From a virus: DNA of 64,000 nt. The stretch's first letter is position 1. Every line of letters starts with the position of its first letter. Below, in pieces: positions 37,893 through 46,822 of this stretch. The DNA lies in IMG/VR virus record IMGVR_UViG_3300009499_000114, positions 1 to 64,000 of that record; one strand, 5' to 3'. Position numbers and translations under genes: made by a program. The notes beneath the pieces were generated by a model that searched no databases, was not told the DNA's origin, and saw nothing but the letters and a program-made list of their open reading frames with translations.

Positions 37893-38650
37893 GATTCGTT
37901 CTGGTAATCCTGGTCGTCCTATCACTAGCACTATGCGCCCTGGGCGGCCTGGCGGAAGGGATAGTGAGAGCGGGCGGATATTTGGCCCGACTCTGGCCGC
38001 CCGATCTGCGGTATTTCCCGAAGCTCGTCCCCGCCATCGTGGATACTCTGCTCATGTCGCTCGCGGGTACGACCCTGGCCATGCTCTCGGCAATCCCACT
38101 GTCGTATTTCGGGAGCAGGGACCTGGTGGGCAACCCGGTCCTGTACGCTACGACCCGCTTTGTGATGTCCGTGATGCGGGCTACGCCCGTCCTCGTCCTG
38201 GGCATCATGTTCGTCGCCGCGCTGGGGATGGGCATGACGGCCGGGATACTGGGCCTCTGGTTTCACTGCACCGGGGCACTGGGCAAGTTCATGTCAGAAT
38301 CCCTGGACGCAGCGGACAAGTCAGTACGAGAGGCGGCGATCATGGACGGGGCATCGCGGTGGGAAACTTACGCCTACGTGCTGCTGCCGATGCAGGTGAA
38401 CGCTTACCTGTCCTTCTACCTGTACTACATAGAATCGAACTTCCGTTCCGCCGTCGTCCTAGGAGTCGTCGGGGCGGGTGGGATCGGGTTGGAACTTATC
38501 ACAGTGATCGGCATGTTTAAGTATCACCGCATCGGGCTCATCGTCCTGCTGGTCATCGCGGTCGCGCTCGCCCTGGACTTCCTGAGCCGGTGGGTCAGGG
38601 GAAGATTCCTTAAGGAATACGGAGATGTCAGCACAACATCAGCTCTATGA
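37889..38650 (+). CDS. phnE: Second phosphonate ABC permease
   Basis: LWPPD; GKFMSESLD; EAAIMDGAS; VLGVVGAGGIG. Confidence 0.9.
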   Translation: MRFVLVILVVLSLALCALGGLAEGIVRAGGYLARLWPPDLRYFPKLVPAIVDTLLMSLAGTTLAMLSAIPLSYFGSRDLVGNPVLYATTRFVMSVMRATPVLVLGIMFVAALGMGMTAGILGLWFHCTGALGKFMSESLDAADKSVREAAIMDGASRWETYAYVLLPMQVNAYLSFYLYYIESNFRSAVVLGVVGAGGIGLELITVIGMFKYHRIGLIVLLVIAVALALDFLSRWVRGRFLKEYGDVSTTSAL

Positions 38651-39413
38651 ATCGAAACTGGCCTGTCCTGTGTGTCACGGGAAGTTCTTGGATGGGCTGC
38701 GAGACGCGGTCCAGTGTGAGGAGTGCTCGCTAATCTATCCCGTGATGAATGGCACCTACAACCTTGTGCCACCGGGGATCCTGAACGATTCGCGCTTCCA
38801 GTTCGAGCTAGAGCGCTATGACCAGATCGCCGTAGCCGGCCTGAGGGCATACCCGGGGTACTTGGCGACCCGCCCAAAGGAACGAGCGGAACTTATAGCA
38901 GACCTGCTGAGAGCGCATCAGGTAAAGGAATTTGTAGAAGTCGGCCCAGGTTTCGGATCTCTGCTAGATAGAACGAGGGGCTTGAAACGGACGGCCGTCG
39001 AGCTGAGTACTGCATTCCTAACGCACCTTGCGGTGCGCCTGGGTGAACCCGATATGTGCCTTGTAAAAGGCGTCGCTGAATATCTGCCCCTGGCATCTGG
39101 CACGGTTCCTTGCCTAGTGATGGACGGTACCTTTCAGAGCATCGTAGACCGGGAACGGTTTTTGTACGAGGTGTCACGGATCTGTGCTCCCGGCGCAATG
39201 TTCGTCTTCACAGTTGCATATGGGCACAACTACCCACGTCGCCCGCAGAATGGGTTCAATGTGAACCGGCCCGACGAGCTTGAAACACTGCGTCATTTCT
39301 TGGAGGAATTGGGTTTTGATATGGAATTCCGGTACCGCGACCTGGGCGCGGGGAAATGGGTACAGATCAAGGATGAAGGCGATTATCTTTACATGGTTGG
39401 AAGGAAATCCTGA
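38625..39413 (+). CDS. Trm112-like Zn knuckle + class I SAM methyltransferase
   Basis: LACPVC..CEEC..YPV.NG; EVGPGFG; AEYLPL; EVSRICAPG. Confidence 0.8.
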   Translation: MSAQHQLYESKLACPVCHGKFLDGLRDAVQCEECSLIYPVMNGTYNLVPPGILNDSRFQFELERYDQIAVAGLRAYPGYLATRPKERAELIADLLRAHQVKEFVEVGPGFGSLLDRTRGLKRTAVELSTAFLTHLAVRLGEPDMCLVKGVAEYLPLASGTVPCLVMDGTFQSIVDRERFLYEVSRICAPGAMFVFTVAYGHNYPRRPQNGFNVNRPDELETLRHFLEELGFDMEFRYRDLGAGKWVQIKDEGDYLYMVGRKS

Positions 39414-39419
39414 ACGGAG

Positions 39420-39986
39420 ATGAATGAATCCTGGTTTGAGCAACTGGCCGACCGGGCCTACGCATTAAGGCCCTACCCAGATCCGAGGTTTCCACCGTCG
39501 GCGTACTATCGTTTTCTGCGGTTGTTGGCTGAAGAGATGCGCCCAAATCTATCAGTTGAACTGGGAGTTTGCGGTGCCGGGGGCAGTCTACACCTGTGCC
39601 TGGGGTGGCCGGAGGGAATCGTAGTCGGGGTAGACGCAGTTCCTGAAGATGCAGGGGAATGGGTAGAACGCAAGGCCTACGTCAAGGGACTCTGCCCGAA
39701 CTTCCGGTTCTGGTATGGCGATTCTTCGGAATCCGCTTCCGAGATACATGAGCAGTACGGAAACGTTGACATCTTGTTTATTGATACGACCCATACTTAC
39801 GAACAGACACAGCGGGAGTTTGCGGCATGGCAGCCCTACCTGTCCGACCGTGCAGTAGTCTGTCTGGACGATTTGGTTTTCCCGGGCATGAATCGGATTT
39901 GGGCTGAGTTGCCCGGGAAGAAAGTTTTCCTTGATATACTAAACGGCAAAGAAAATTTCGGTGTGGTCTACGATTTGAAAAAATGA
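39420..39986 (+). CDS. Methyltransf_24-type SAM (O-)methyltransferase
   Basis: VELGVCGAGGS; GVD; DILFIDTTHTYE; LDD. Confidence 0.82.
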   Translation: MNESWFEQLADRAYALRPYPDPRFPPSAYYRFLRLLAEEMRPNLSVELGVCGAGGSLHLCLGWPEGIVVGVDAVPEDAGEWVERKAYVKGLCPNFRFWYGDSSESASEIHEQYGNVDILFIDTTHTYEQTQREFAAWQPYLSDRAVVCLDDLVFPGMNRIWAELPGKKVFLDILNGKENFGVVYDLKK

Positions 39987-40002
39987 AAGGGAAAGATTCG
40001 TA

Positions 40003-41763
40003 ATGGACATCAGCATCGTCTCGGGAACTTACAATCGCCTTCCGTTTCTCAAACGCATGGTCGAGACCGCCCGGAGTTCACTCAAAATTCTCTCTGGCCT
40101 GACCCATGAGTTCGTATTGGTTGACGGGGGTAGCCAGGATGGGACGCAGGACTGGTGCCGGGCGCAATCCGATGTACGGCTGATTGAACACGAAAAACTT
40201 TTTGGCGCGGTCAAGGCGTTCAACGACGGGGCTTTCGCGGCGCACGGTGACTATGTGGTCCTGGCGAACGACGACGTGGAGTTCCTGGGCAACACGCTGG
40301 CCCTGGGATGGATATATATGCAGGATCATCCCGACTGCGGGATAGGCTGCTTCTACCAGGACCGCAACAAACGAGACTGGCACGTTGAAAGCATGCCGGT
40401 CGTACGCGACGGCCGGCAGGAGCACGCGCCCTACGGCCAGGTGTGCATCGTGCCCAAATGGCTAGGCGACCGCGTGGGATGGTGGGGCGATTATCTGCAT
40501 ACCTATGGTGGAGACAATGAACTTAGTTCACAGGTATATGCATTAGGTTTCAAGGTCTCACCAGTCCCGGATACGAAAGTTCACGACAACGAACCCGATG
40601 ACGATCTGCGGCGCATCAATAATATTACGGGCGGGAAGGACCCGCGGGCAGTGGCGGGCCACCACCCGGATTCCTGGAAGTGGGGCAAGAGGTGGCGCAA
40701 CGAGGCCGAGAACTTGGTCGGTCCGGTCATCCGGGATGCGCCTGCCGTGGAATTTCCTTTCTCGGTCGTGAAGGAACGGGTACTCTACCTTCCGGTGTAT
40801 GAGCAAGGATGGCCTGTTCAAAAAGAACAGAAACGGGGCCTGCGCGAGGCATTGGGACGGGTGACGTTGGTTTCCGAGTACGACTATCTGACGCGAGATG
40901 CGGAAATAGGCGGGGCGGCGATGTTGGCTGAACTTCAGCGATTATGCCAGGAATCACAGCCCACGCTGGTGCTGACCCAGATCCACAACTCGGACGTCAT
41001 CAGCCCCGACGGAATTGGGACGTTGCGCAGGGCAGTTCCCAATGCCCGCTTCGTCAACTGGAATGGCGACTTCTGGCCCGACAATCTGCTGAGCGAAGCG
41101 GGGCTGCGGCTGGCGCGGTCGTTTGACTTGCAGACGACCGTCAACCGCGACGCGCTGGAGAAGTACCGTGAGCAAGGCATCCGGGCCGAGTACTGGCAGA
41201 TCGGGTGGGAGCCCGACGGCGTGGGGCACGAGCCGGAGGAACGCTTCGACCTGGTATTCCTAGCGAGCGGGTATTCCCCTGCGCGGCACAAGCTGGTCGG
41301 GTTCCTGCGCAACCTGGCCGACGTCAAGTTCGGCCTGTGGGGTCCGGGCTGGCCCGACGGCTGGGCCAGGGGCCAGAACGTCTACGACTTCGTTGAGGCT
41401 TGCAGGTGCTACCGGGGCGCCAAAATCAGCCTGGGCGACAGCCAGTGGCCCGATTCTGGCTTCGTCAGCAACCGCGTCTTCCAGGCGCTGGCGGCGGGGG
41501 GCTCGGCCCTGGCATACCAACGGTTCAGGGGCATGGAGGAATTGGGCCTGGTGGATGGCGAAACGGTCATCGTCTGGGAAGACCATGGCAGCCTGGAGGC
41601 AAAGGTCAGATACTTTCTGGCGCACGAGGTCGAGCGGCAGCGCATCGCACGGGCGGGCGAGGCCCTGGCGCTGAACCGTCACTCGTTCGACAACCGGGTG
41701 CAGGAACTGTTCGGGTGGGTCGGCGCGAGGGAGCAGCCCCAAGAGGAGAACTGGCGGTGGTGA
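40003..41763 (+). CDS. Bifunctional glycosyltransferase (GT2 + CgeB/Glyco_trans_1_2-like)
   Basis: [22 protein letters not shown]; C-half [24 protein letters not shown]. Confidence 0.88.
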   Translation: MDISIVSGTYNRLPFLKRMVETARSSLKILSGLTHEFVLVDGGSQDGTQDWCRAQSDVRLIEHEKLFGAVKAFNDGAFAAHGDYVVLANDDVEFLGNTLALGWIYMQDHPDCGIGCFYQDRNKRDWHVESMPVVRDGRQEHAPYGQVCIVPKWLGDRVGWWGDYLHTYGGDNELSSQVYALGFKVSPVPDTKVHDNEPDDDLRRINNITGGKDPRAVAGHHPDSWKWGKRWRNEAENLVGPVIRDAPAVEFPFSVVKERVLYLPVYEQGWPVQKEQKRGLREALGRVTLVSEYDYLTRDAEIGGAAMLAELQRLCQESQPTLVLTQIHNSDVISPDGIGTLRRAVPNARFVNWNGDFWPDNLLSEAGLRLARSFDLQTTVNRDALEKYREQGIRAEYWQIGWEPDGVGHEPEERFDLVFLASGYSPARHKLVGFLRNLADVKFGLWGPGWPDGWARGQNVYDFVEACRCYRGAKISLGDSQWPDSGFVSNRVFQALAAGGSALAYQRFRGMEELGLVDGETVIVWEDHGSLEAKVRYFLAHEVERQRIARAGEALALNRHSFDNRVQELFGWVGAREQPQEENWRW

Positions 41764-42443
41764 TGGAGTTGGATACTATCGTTGTGGGTGACTGCCTAGA
41801 CGTGATGGCGGGGATGCCGGACGGGTGCGTGGATCTGGTGGTGACTGATCCATTGTTTGTATTACCTGTCCATACTGCTGCCTCGCGTAAGCGAATAAGA
41901 AACCTGGGAGATTTCTCACCATCTAGTTGTCAGATGTCTATAGTTTTTGAACAATTAGAACGCATTTGTAAATCATCAAGCAGATTATTCTTTTTCTGCG
42001 ACGACAAATTCTATCCTATATTATTTATAATGAGCTATGAGCAGTGGTATCTACAACTCTTGGTGTGGGATAAAGGACGTATAGGTTTTGGCACTGATTT
42101 CAGGAAACAGTTTGAAATGATTCTTTATCTTCGGGGAGAAGATGCACCGTTATTAGAGCGTAAGAATAATAAATCTGATGTCTTGAAATGTACGCCGGTT
42201 CCATCGGGGGAGCGATTGGTAGAAGCACAAAAACCCGAAAATCTGATTCTGGATTTGCTCGATGGTATTCCCGGTGATCTAATCTTTGATCCCTTTGTTG
42301 GTTCCGGTACTACCGCCGTTGCAGCCCTCAAGCTGGGCCGTCATTTCTATGGCTGCGACATCAATCCCGACTACGTGAGGCTGGCGAACGAGCGGATCAA
42401 GAAAACGCGCCTAGAGATGGCGCAGATGGAGATGGAACTATGA
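41763..42443 (+). CDS. DNA methyltransferase (N6/N4, beta class) with variant catalytic motif
   Basis: [13 protein letters not shown] (DPPY position); QKP; [10 protein letters not shown]; start refined from 41400. Confidence 0.8.
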   Translation: MELDTIVVGDCLDVMAGMPDGCVDLVVTDPLFVLPVHTAASRKRIRNLGDFSPSSCQMSIVFEQLERICKSSSRLFFFCDDKFYPILFIMSYEQWYLQLLVWDKGRIGFGTDFRKQFEMILYLRGEDAPLLERKNNKSDVLKCTPVPSGERLVEAQKPENLILDLLDGIPGDLIFDPFVGSGTTAVAALKLGRHFYGCDINPDYVRLANERIKKTRLEMAQMEMEL

Positions 42444-43402
42444 CCGACTTCTGGAAAGGCAAGAAAGTTATCGTGACCGGCGGAGCAGGCTTCCTGGGTT
42501 CGCACCTGGTCCCGCGCCTGACAGACGCGGGCGCGTCGGTATTCGTGCCCCGGTCGGCGCAGTACGACCTGCGCACGGAAGACGGCGTGACGCGCATGTT
42601 CGAGGACGCGGGCCCATCCAACGTGCTGTTTCATCTGGCGGCGACCGTGGGCGGCATCGGGGCCAACCAGCAGAGGCCGGCGGACTTCATCTACGACAAC
42701 CTGGTGATGAACGCGCTGATGGTCGAGCAGAGCCGAAAGGCCGAAGTCGGGAAGTTCGTGGGCCTGGGCAGCGTATGCGCCTACCCCAGGACGATGATGG
42801 TCTACCCGATGCGCGAGGAGAACATCTTCGAGGGTTACCCGGAGCCGACAAACGCACCCTACGGCATTGCCAAGCGGGCGCTACTGGTGCACCTCCAGGC
42901 GGCCCGCAGGCAGTACGGGTTCAACGGCATCTGCCTGTTCCCAACCAACCTGTACGGCCCGGGCGATTCGTTTGACCCGGAGACGAGCCACGTCGTGCCA
43001 GCTATCATCAGCAAGATGGTGGAGGCCCGACGCCAGAACAAATTCGAGTTGACTCTGTGGGGCACTGGACGTCCGACCCGTGACTTCCTATATGTGGAGG
43101 ATGCCGCTGGCGGCCTGATGCTGGCTGCCGAAAAGTACAACCGGCCAGAACCGATCAATTTGGGAAGCGGGCGGGAAACTACCATCGCCGGCTTGGCGGA
43201 GGCCATAGAGCGGATCGTGGAATACGAGGGACAAATCGTTTGGGATAAAAGCAAGCCGGACGGTCAGCCTCGTCGAGTGCTAAATTCCGAAAGGGCAGCT
43301 TACGAATTCGGGTGGCGGGCGATGACTAACCTAGGGGAAGGTCTTGAGAAGACGGTCCGGTGGTACGAAGAAATCTCAGAAGAGGAGATTAGCCTTGCCT
43401 GA
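42440..43402 (+). CDS. fcl: GDP-L-fucose synthase
   Basis: TGGAGFLG; [12 protein letters not shown]; GSVCAYP; [12 protein letters not shown]; NLYGPGD; SHVVPA; PDGQPRR. Confidence 0.92.
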   Translation: MTDFWKGKKVIVTGGAGFLGSHLVPRLTDAGASVFVPRSAQYDLRTEDGVTRMFEDAGPSNVLFHLAATVGGIGANQQRPADFIYDNLVMNALMVEQSRKAEVGKFVGLGSVCAYPRTMMVYPMREENIFEGYPEPTNAPYGIAKRALLVHLQAARRQYGFNGICLFPTNLYGPGDSFDPETSHVVPAIISKMVEARRQNKFELTLWGTGRPTRDFLYVEDAAGGLMLAAEKYNRPEPINLGSGRETTIAGLAEAIERIVEYEGQIVWDKSKPDGQPRRVLNSERAAYEFGWRAMTNLGEGLEKTVRWYEEISEEEISLA

Positions 43403-44804
43403 CATCAGCATCTTGATCCCCGTTCACGCGGACACTCCGCAGAAAGTGGGCTGGCTGGCCGAGGCGCTGGAATCCCTGAAAGCCCAGACATTCGTGGACT
43501 TTGAGGTGCTGATCGTGGACGACTTGTCGCCACTGAGCCTCGACGCGGTCAAGGCGGACACCGACGGGCGCTTCCGCTGGTTCCGCACGTCGGAATTGAG
43601 CGGGCCCGCCCGCTGCCGGAACACGGCGGCAAATCTTGCCCGGGCCGAAGCGCTGCTGGCACTAGACGCCGACGACCGGCTTGCCGAACCGGAGACACTT
43701 GAAGTATACTTCGAGGCGTGGAGGAACGACCAGAAGCGCGTCGTGTACGGGGACATACAAAGGTTGGAAGCCAGCAAGGACGGTTCGTTCAACTTGAGCA
43801 AGGTTTTCAACCTGCCCGAGTATACCTTCGAGGGCGTGATGAGGCTGAACGGCATCATCCCCGTCACGGCGATGCACTCAAAGGAATGCCACCTGGCGGC
43901 GGGCGGCTGGAAGCCGGAGCTGGACGCGGGCCTGGAGGATATCGAGTACTGGATCGCGGCTGGCAAGGGCGGGTTCTGCGGGCACCGGATCGACGCGGTG
44001 ACGTTGCTCTATCGTCGCCACGAGCAGAGCCGCGCGTTCAAGCTGAGACGGGTTAACCGGCGCGAATCCGAGATGCGGAATGCAATTCGCATGTTGCATC
44101 GAGACGTCTACGAGGGGAGGTTTCCCATGGGGTGTTGCAGTGGCGGTAGTAGTGGTGGATCCGGGCAGCCGGCGTTGGCATCGGCCAGGGCTAGCACGAC
44201 CGCTAGTCAACCCACGACGCTGGACCAGTTTGCGGGCAGCGAAAAAGTTTGGGTGCAGTATAACGGCAAGCGGATGGCAGCCTTCGGCGTGACCGGGGTG
44301 TTCACCGGGATGTCGTACAAAGTCGACGGGCCGGGTCACAAGCTGGAGGTGCACGTCAACGACGTGAGCAAGTTCCGGCGGGCCGGGCGTGGGAAGGACT
44401 TCGCAGTGGGCGTCGCGGCCCCGACGACCGGCGTACCTGATATGCCGGGCGAGCCCCCGGTTGAAGAACAACCGCCGGAACCGTACAAGGCTCCCGACGT
44501 GCAACTGGCGACCATCGAGCGGCTGGACGCGATAGGGCACGGGCGGGAGCCTCGGCCACGGCAACCGCAACCGGAACCCGAACCGTCGCTAGAGCCCGAA
44601 CCACAGGGTGGTCCTGGTTCGCTGGCGTCTTTGGACCTGGGCAACCTAGCGGGCATGCTGGAGCGTGATGGGTGGACGGTCGAGGCGTTGGCGACGGCTG
44701 AGGTGGATGAGCTGATATCCTACCGGGGTGTTGGGCCGGTGCGGGCCAGCCAGGTCATCGGCAAGGCGAGGGACAAGCTGGGGATGAAACGGGAGGCGGC
44801 GTGA
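43395..44804 (+). CDS. Glycosyltransferase family 2 fused to a C-terminal domain ending in an HhH-like motif
   Basis: ISILIPV..VDD.S..RN..LDADD..EDIEYW; C-terminal ELISYRGVGPVRA. Confidence 0.8.
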   Translation: MPDISILIPVHADTPQKVGWLAEALESLKAQTFVDFEVLIVDDLSPLSLDAVKADTDGRFRWFRTSELSGPARCRNTAANLARAEALLALDADDRLAEPETLEVYFEAWRNDQKRVVYGDIQRLEASKDGSFNLSKVFNLPEYTFEGVMRLNGIIPVTAMHSKECHLAAGGWKPELDAGLEDIEYWIAAGKGGFCGHRIDAVTLLYRRHEQSRAFKLRRVNRRESEMRNAIRMLHRDVYEGRFPMGCCSGGSSGGSGQPALASARASTTASQPTTLDQFAGSEKVWVQYNGKRMAAFGVTGVFTGMSYKVDGPGHKLEVHVNDVSKFRRAGRGKDFAVGVAAPTTGVPDMPGEPPVEEQPPEPYKAPDVQLATIERLDAIGHGREPRPRQPQPEPEPSLEPEPQGGPGSLASLDLGNLAGMLERDGWTVEALATAEVDELISYRGVGPVRASQVIGKARDKLGMKREAA

Positions 44805-46822
44805 CAACCTGGCGCGTGATTCAAGCCGACGTGACCGAATGGGCCGAGAACTACGATGGCCCGCCCTTCGACGCGGTGCTGTGCGACCCGCCGTATGGCC
44901 TGGGCCAGCAGCCCGACATGGCTGAGGTATTAAAGCACTGGTTGGACGGGGATGACTGCGAACAGCGGGGCGGTGGCTTCATGGGGAAGTCCTGGGACTC
45001 GTTCGTGCCCGGTCCTGCCGCCTGGCGCGCGTTGCTGTCGGTGTGCAAGCCTGGTGCGCCGCTGCTGGCGTTTGGGGGGACACGGACGGCTGACTTGCTG
45101 GGCGTGGCATGTCGTTTAGGGGGATGGGAACGATTCGACGAGATAGACTGCTTATCTTGGATATTCGCGAGCGGCTTTCCGAAGTCCACTGCGTTGGGAA
45201 AGGCGATTGATAAGGCGGCAGGGATGGAGAGAGGAATAATAGGAGTAGGTCCTTACGCTTCGCGGCGACCGCGCCAAGATAAAGCGGCGCAAGGGTTGAC
45301 TTACAATGATGACAATTATGTGCGTCCTGCTGGGGATGCCATCACTGCTCCTGCTACACCCCAGGCCATTGCTTTTCACGAATATGGCACTGCCCTCAAA
45401 CCCGCTCATGAGCCCGTCCTGCTCTTCCGTAAGCCACTGGCCCAGGTGTCCAGCGACGACCTCCACGCCGCGACGGGCTGGGACTGGTGGCATCACGAGA
45501 AGGCTATCAGGAACACGCCGGCCGAGCGGCTGAAGGTGCTGAAGCGGTATGGGCTGCGCCTGCCGTCGGGCTACGTCGAGGTGGATCTGTTCCGCGTGTC
45601 GCGCAAGGCGCTGCACCCAGGCGTGGAGTCGGATACGCTGTTCGTGGCGAAGGCGCGACGGCAGTGGCGGGGTGGGCAGACTGAGCCCGAGACGCTGGGC
45701 CGGGTGGACGTGCGACCTTACCGGCGCTGGAAGTCGCGAACGTATGCGGCCAATGCGCTGGTATGGGGGACTGGCGGGTTGTGGGTAGATGGGTGTCGGG
45801 TAGTGACGGGGGATGAATTCGGCGGTGGGGCAAAGATGTCCAGTAGCGGTCACACTCTGGGGAATTTTGAACACTACGAACATGATGGTTTTAAGGTAGC
45901 AACTCGCGGAAGATTCCCGCCGAACCTGCTTTTGTGCCATTCTCCCGGATGCGTCAAAGTTGGGACGCGGCGGGTGAGGGCGCATTGGTCTCAACCTACA
46001 CGTGGCACTATGAAGACGGGACAGGTATATGGTCAGTATGGTGATAAGTATATTGGCAAACAGGTTGGCTACGCCGACCCCGACGGCACCGAGTCGCAGG
46101 ACGAGTGGCTGTGCGAGCCTGGCTGCGCTGTGGAGGCCCTGGGGCGCATGAGTGGGGAGAGCAAAAGCAAGCGCCCTGATATGACGATACATCACCAAAA
46201 AGCGCCAGGGTGTAATGGAATCTACAACGAATACACTCTGATTGAGAACGCTAGGTATCCCGACAAAGGCACCGCCACCCGTTTTTACCCCAACTTCTCT
46301 TGGCACCACGAACTTGCCGAGCGGCTGGCGGAGGTGACGCCGTTCAGGTACTGCGCCAAAAGTGCTAGGGCTGAACGTGATGCTGGGTTGGATGGGTTTA
46401 CATTGCAACAGGGATTTGATAAAAACACAAGTGCAGTGATAAGACGCAGTAATCCTGATACCGGAATAGTAAGAGAATTTGAATATAAACCAAGTCAACG
46501 CCACAATCCACACCCAACCGTCAAGCCCATATCCCTCTGCAAATGGCTGGCCTCCTTATGCTTGCCCCCGCCCGCCTACGCCCCGCGCCGAATCCTGGTA
46601 GCTTTCGGCGGCACGGGAAGCGAAGCCATCGGGGCCATGCTGGCGGGCTGGGACGACATCACGCTGGTGGAGACAGAAGCCGAATACTGCGACCTGGCCG
46701 ATGCCCGCCTGGCCTGGTGGCAGCAGCGCATGGAGCAGAGCGGCCTGGACGAGCCGGGCGTGCTGCTGAAGTGGAAGCCGGAACTTAAGATACCTGCCCA
46801 AATGGAGATGAGCATTGGCTAG
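44801..46822 (+). CDS. DNA methyltransferase (phage type, with insertion)
   Basis: CDPPYGL, FMGKSWD, SGFPKS, GTALKPAHEP, GRFPPN, HPTVKPI, FGGTGSE. Confidence 0.88.
   Translation: MTTWRVIQADVTEWAENYDGPPFDAVLCDPPYGLGQQPDMAEVLKHWLDGDDCEQRGGGFMGKSWDSFVPGPAAWRALLSVCKPGAPLLAFGGTRTADLLGVACRLGGWERFDEIDCLSWIFASGFPKSTALGKAIDKAAGMERGIIGVGPYASRRPRQDKAAQGLTYNDDNYVRPAGDAITAPATPQAIAFHEYGTALKPAHEPVLLFRKPLAQVSSDDLHAATGWDWWHHEKAIRNTPAERLKVLKRYGLRLPSGYVEVDLFRVSRKALHPGVESDTLFVAKARRQWRGGQTEPETLGRVDVRPYRRWKSRTYAANALVWGTGGLWVDGCRVVTGDEFGGGAKMSSSGHTLGNFEHYEHDGFKVATRGRFPPNLLLCHSPGCVKVGTRRVRAHWSQPTRGTMKTGQVYGQYGDKYIGKQVGYADPDGTESQDEWLCEPGCAVEALGRMSGESKSKRPDMTIHHQKAPGCNGIYNEYTLIENARYPDKGTATRFYPNFSWHHELAERLAEVTPFRYCAKSARAERDAGLDGFTLQQGFDKNTSAVIRRSNPDTGIVREFEYKPSQRHNPHPTVKPISLCKWLASLCLPPPAYAPRRILVAFGGTGSEAIGAMLAGWDDITLVETEAEYCDLADARLAWWQQRMEQSGLDEPGVLLKWKPELKIPAQMEMSIG

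Noticed and set aside
30552-38650. De novo phosphonate biosynthesis or C-P lyase catabolism
   Set aside because: No PEP mutase (EDK..PK.NS motif), phosphonopyruvate decarboxylase or phnG-M genes recognised in the window.
41400-41762. N-terminal extension of the methyltransferase ORF
   Set aside because: Overlaps the GT in another frame; the MELDT start at 41763 matches the paralog.
24101-44804. Host LPS/EPS locus interrupting the phage
   Set aside because: The genes are interleaved and coupled with phage-type ORFs and flanked by capsid and tail genes; no flippase or polymerase was recognised. Misassembly cannot be fully excluded without reads.
45440-45739. Intein in the methyltransferase
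   Set aside because: No N-terminal C/S or C-terminal HN splice motifs.
45152-46513. 453-aa minus-strand ORF (also 21371-22279, 52086-53114, 58071-58907, 8073-8921)
   Set aside because: Antisense shadows of well-supported + strand genes, with no recognisable motifs.
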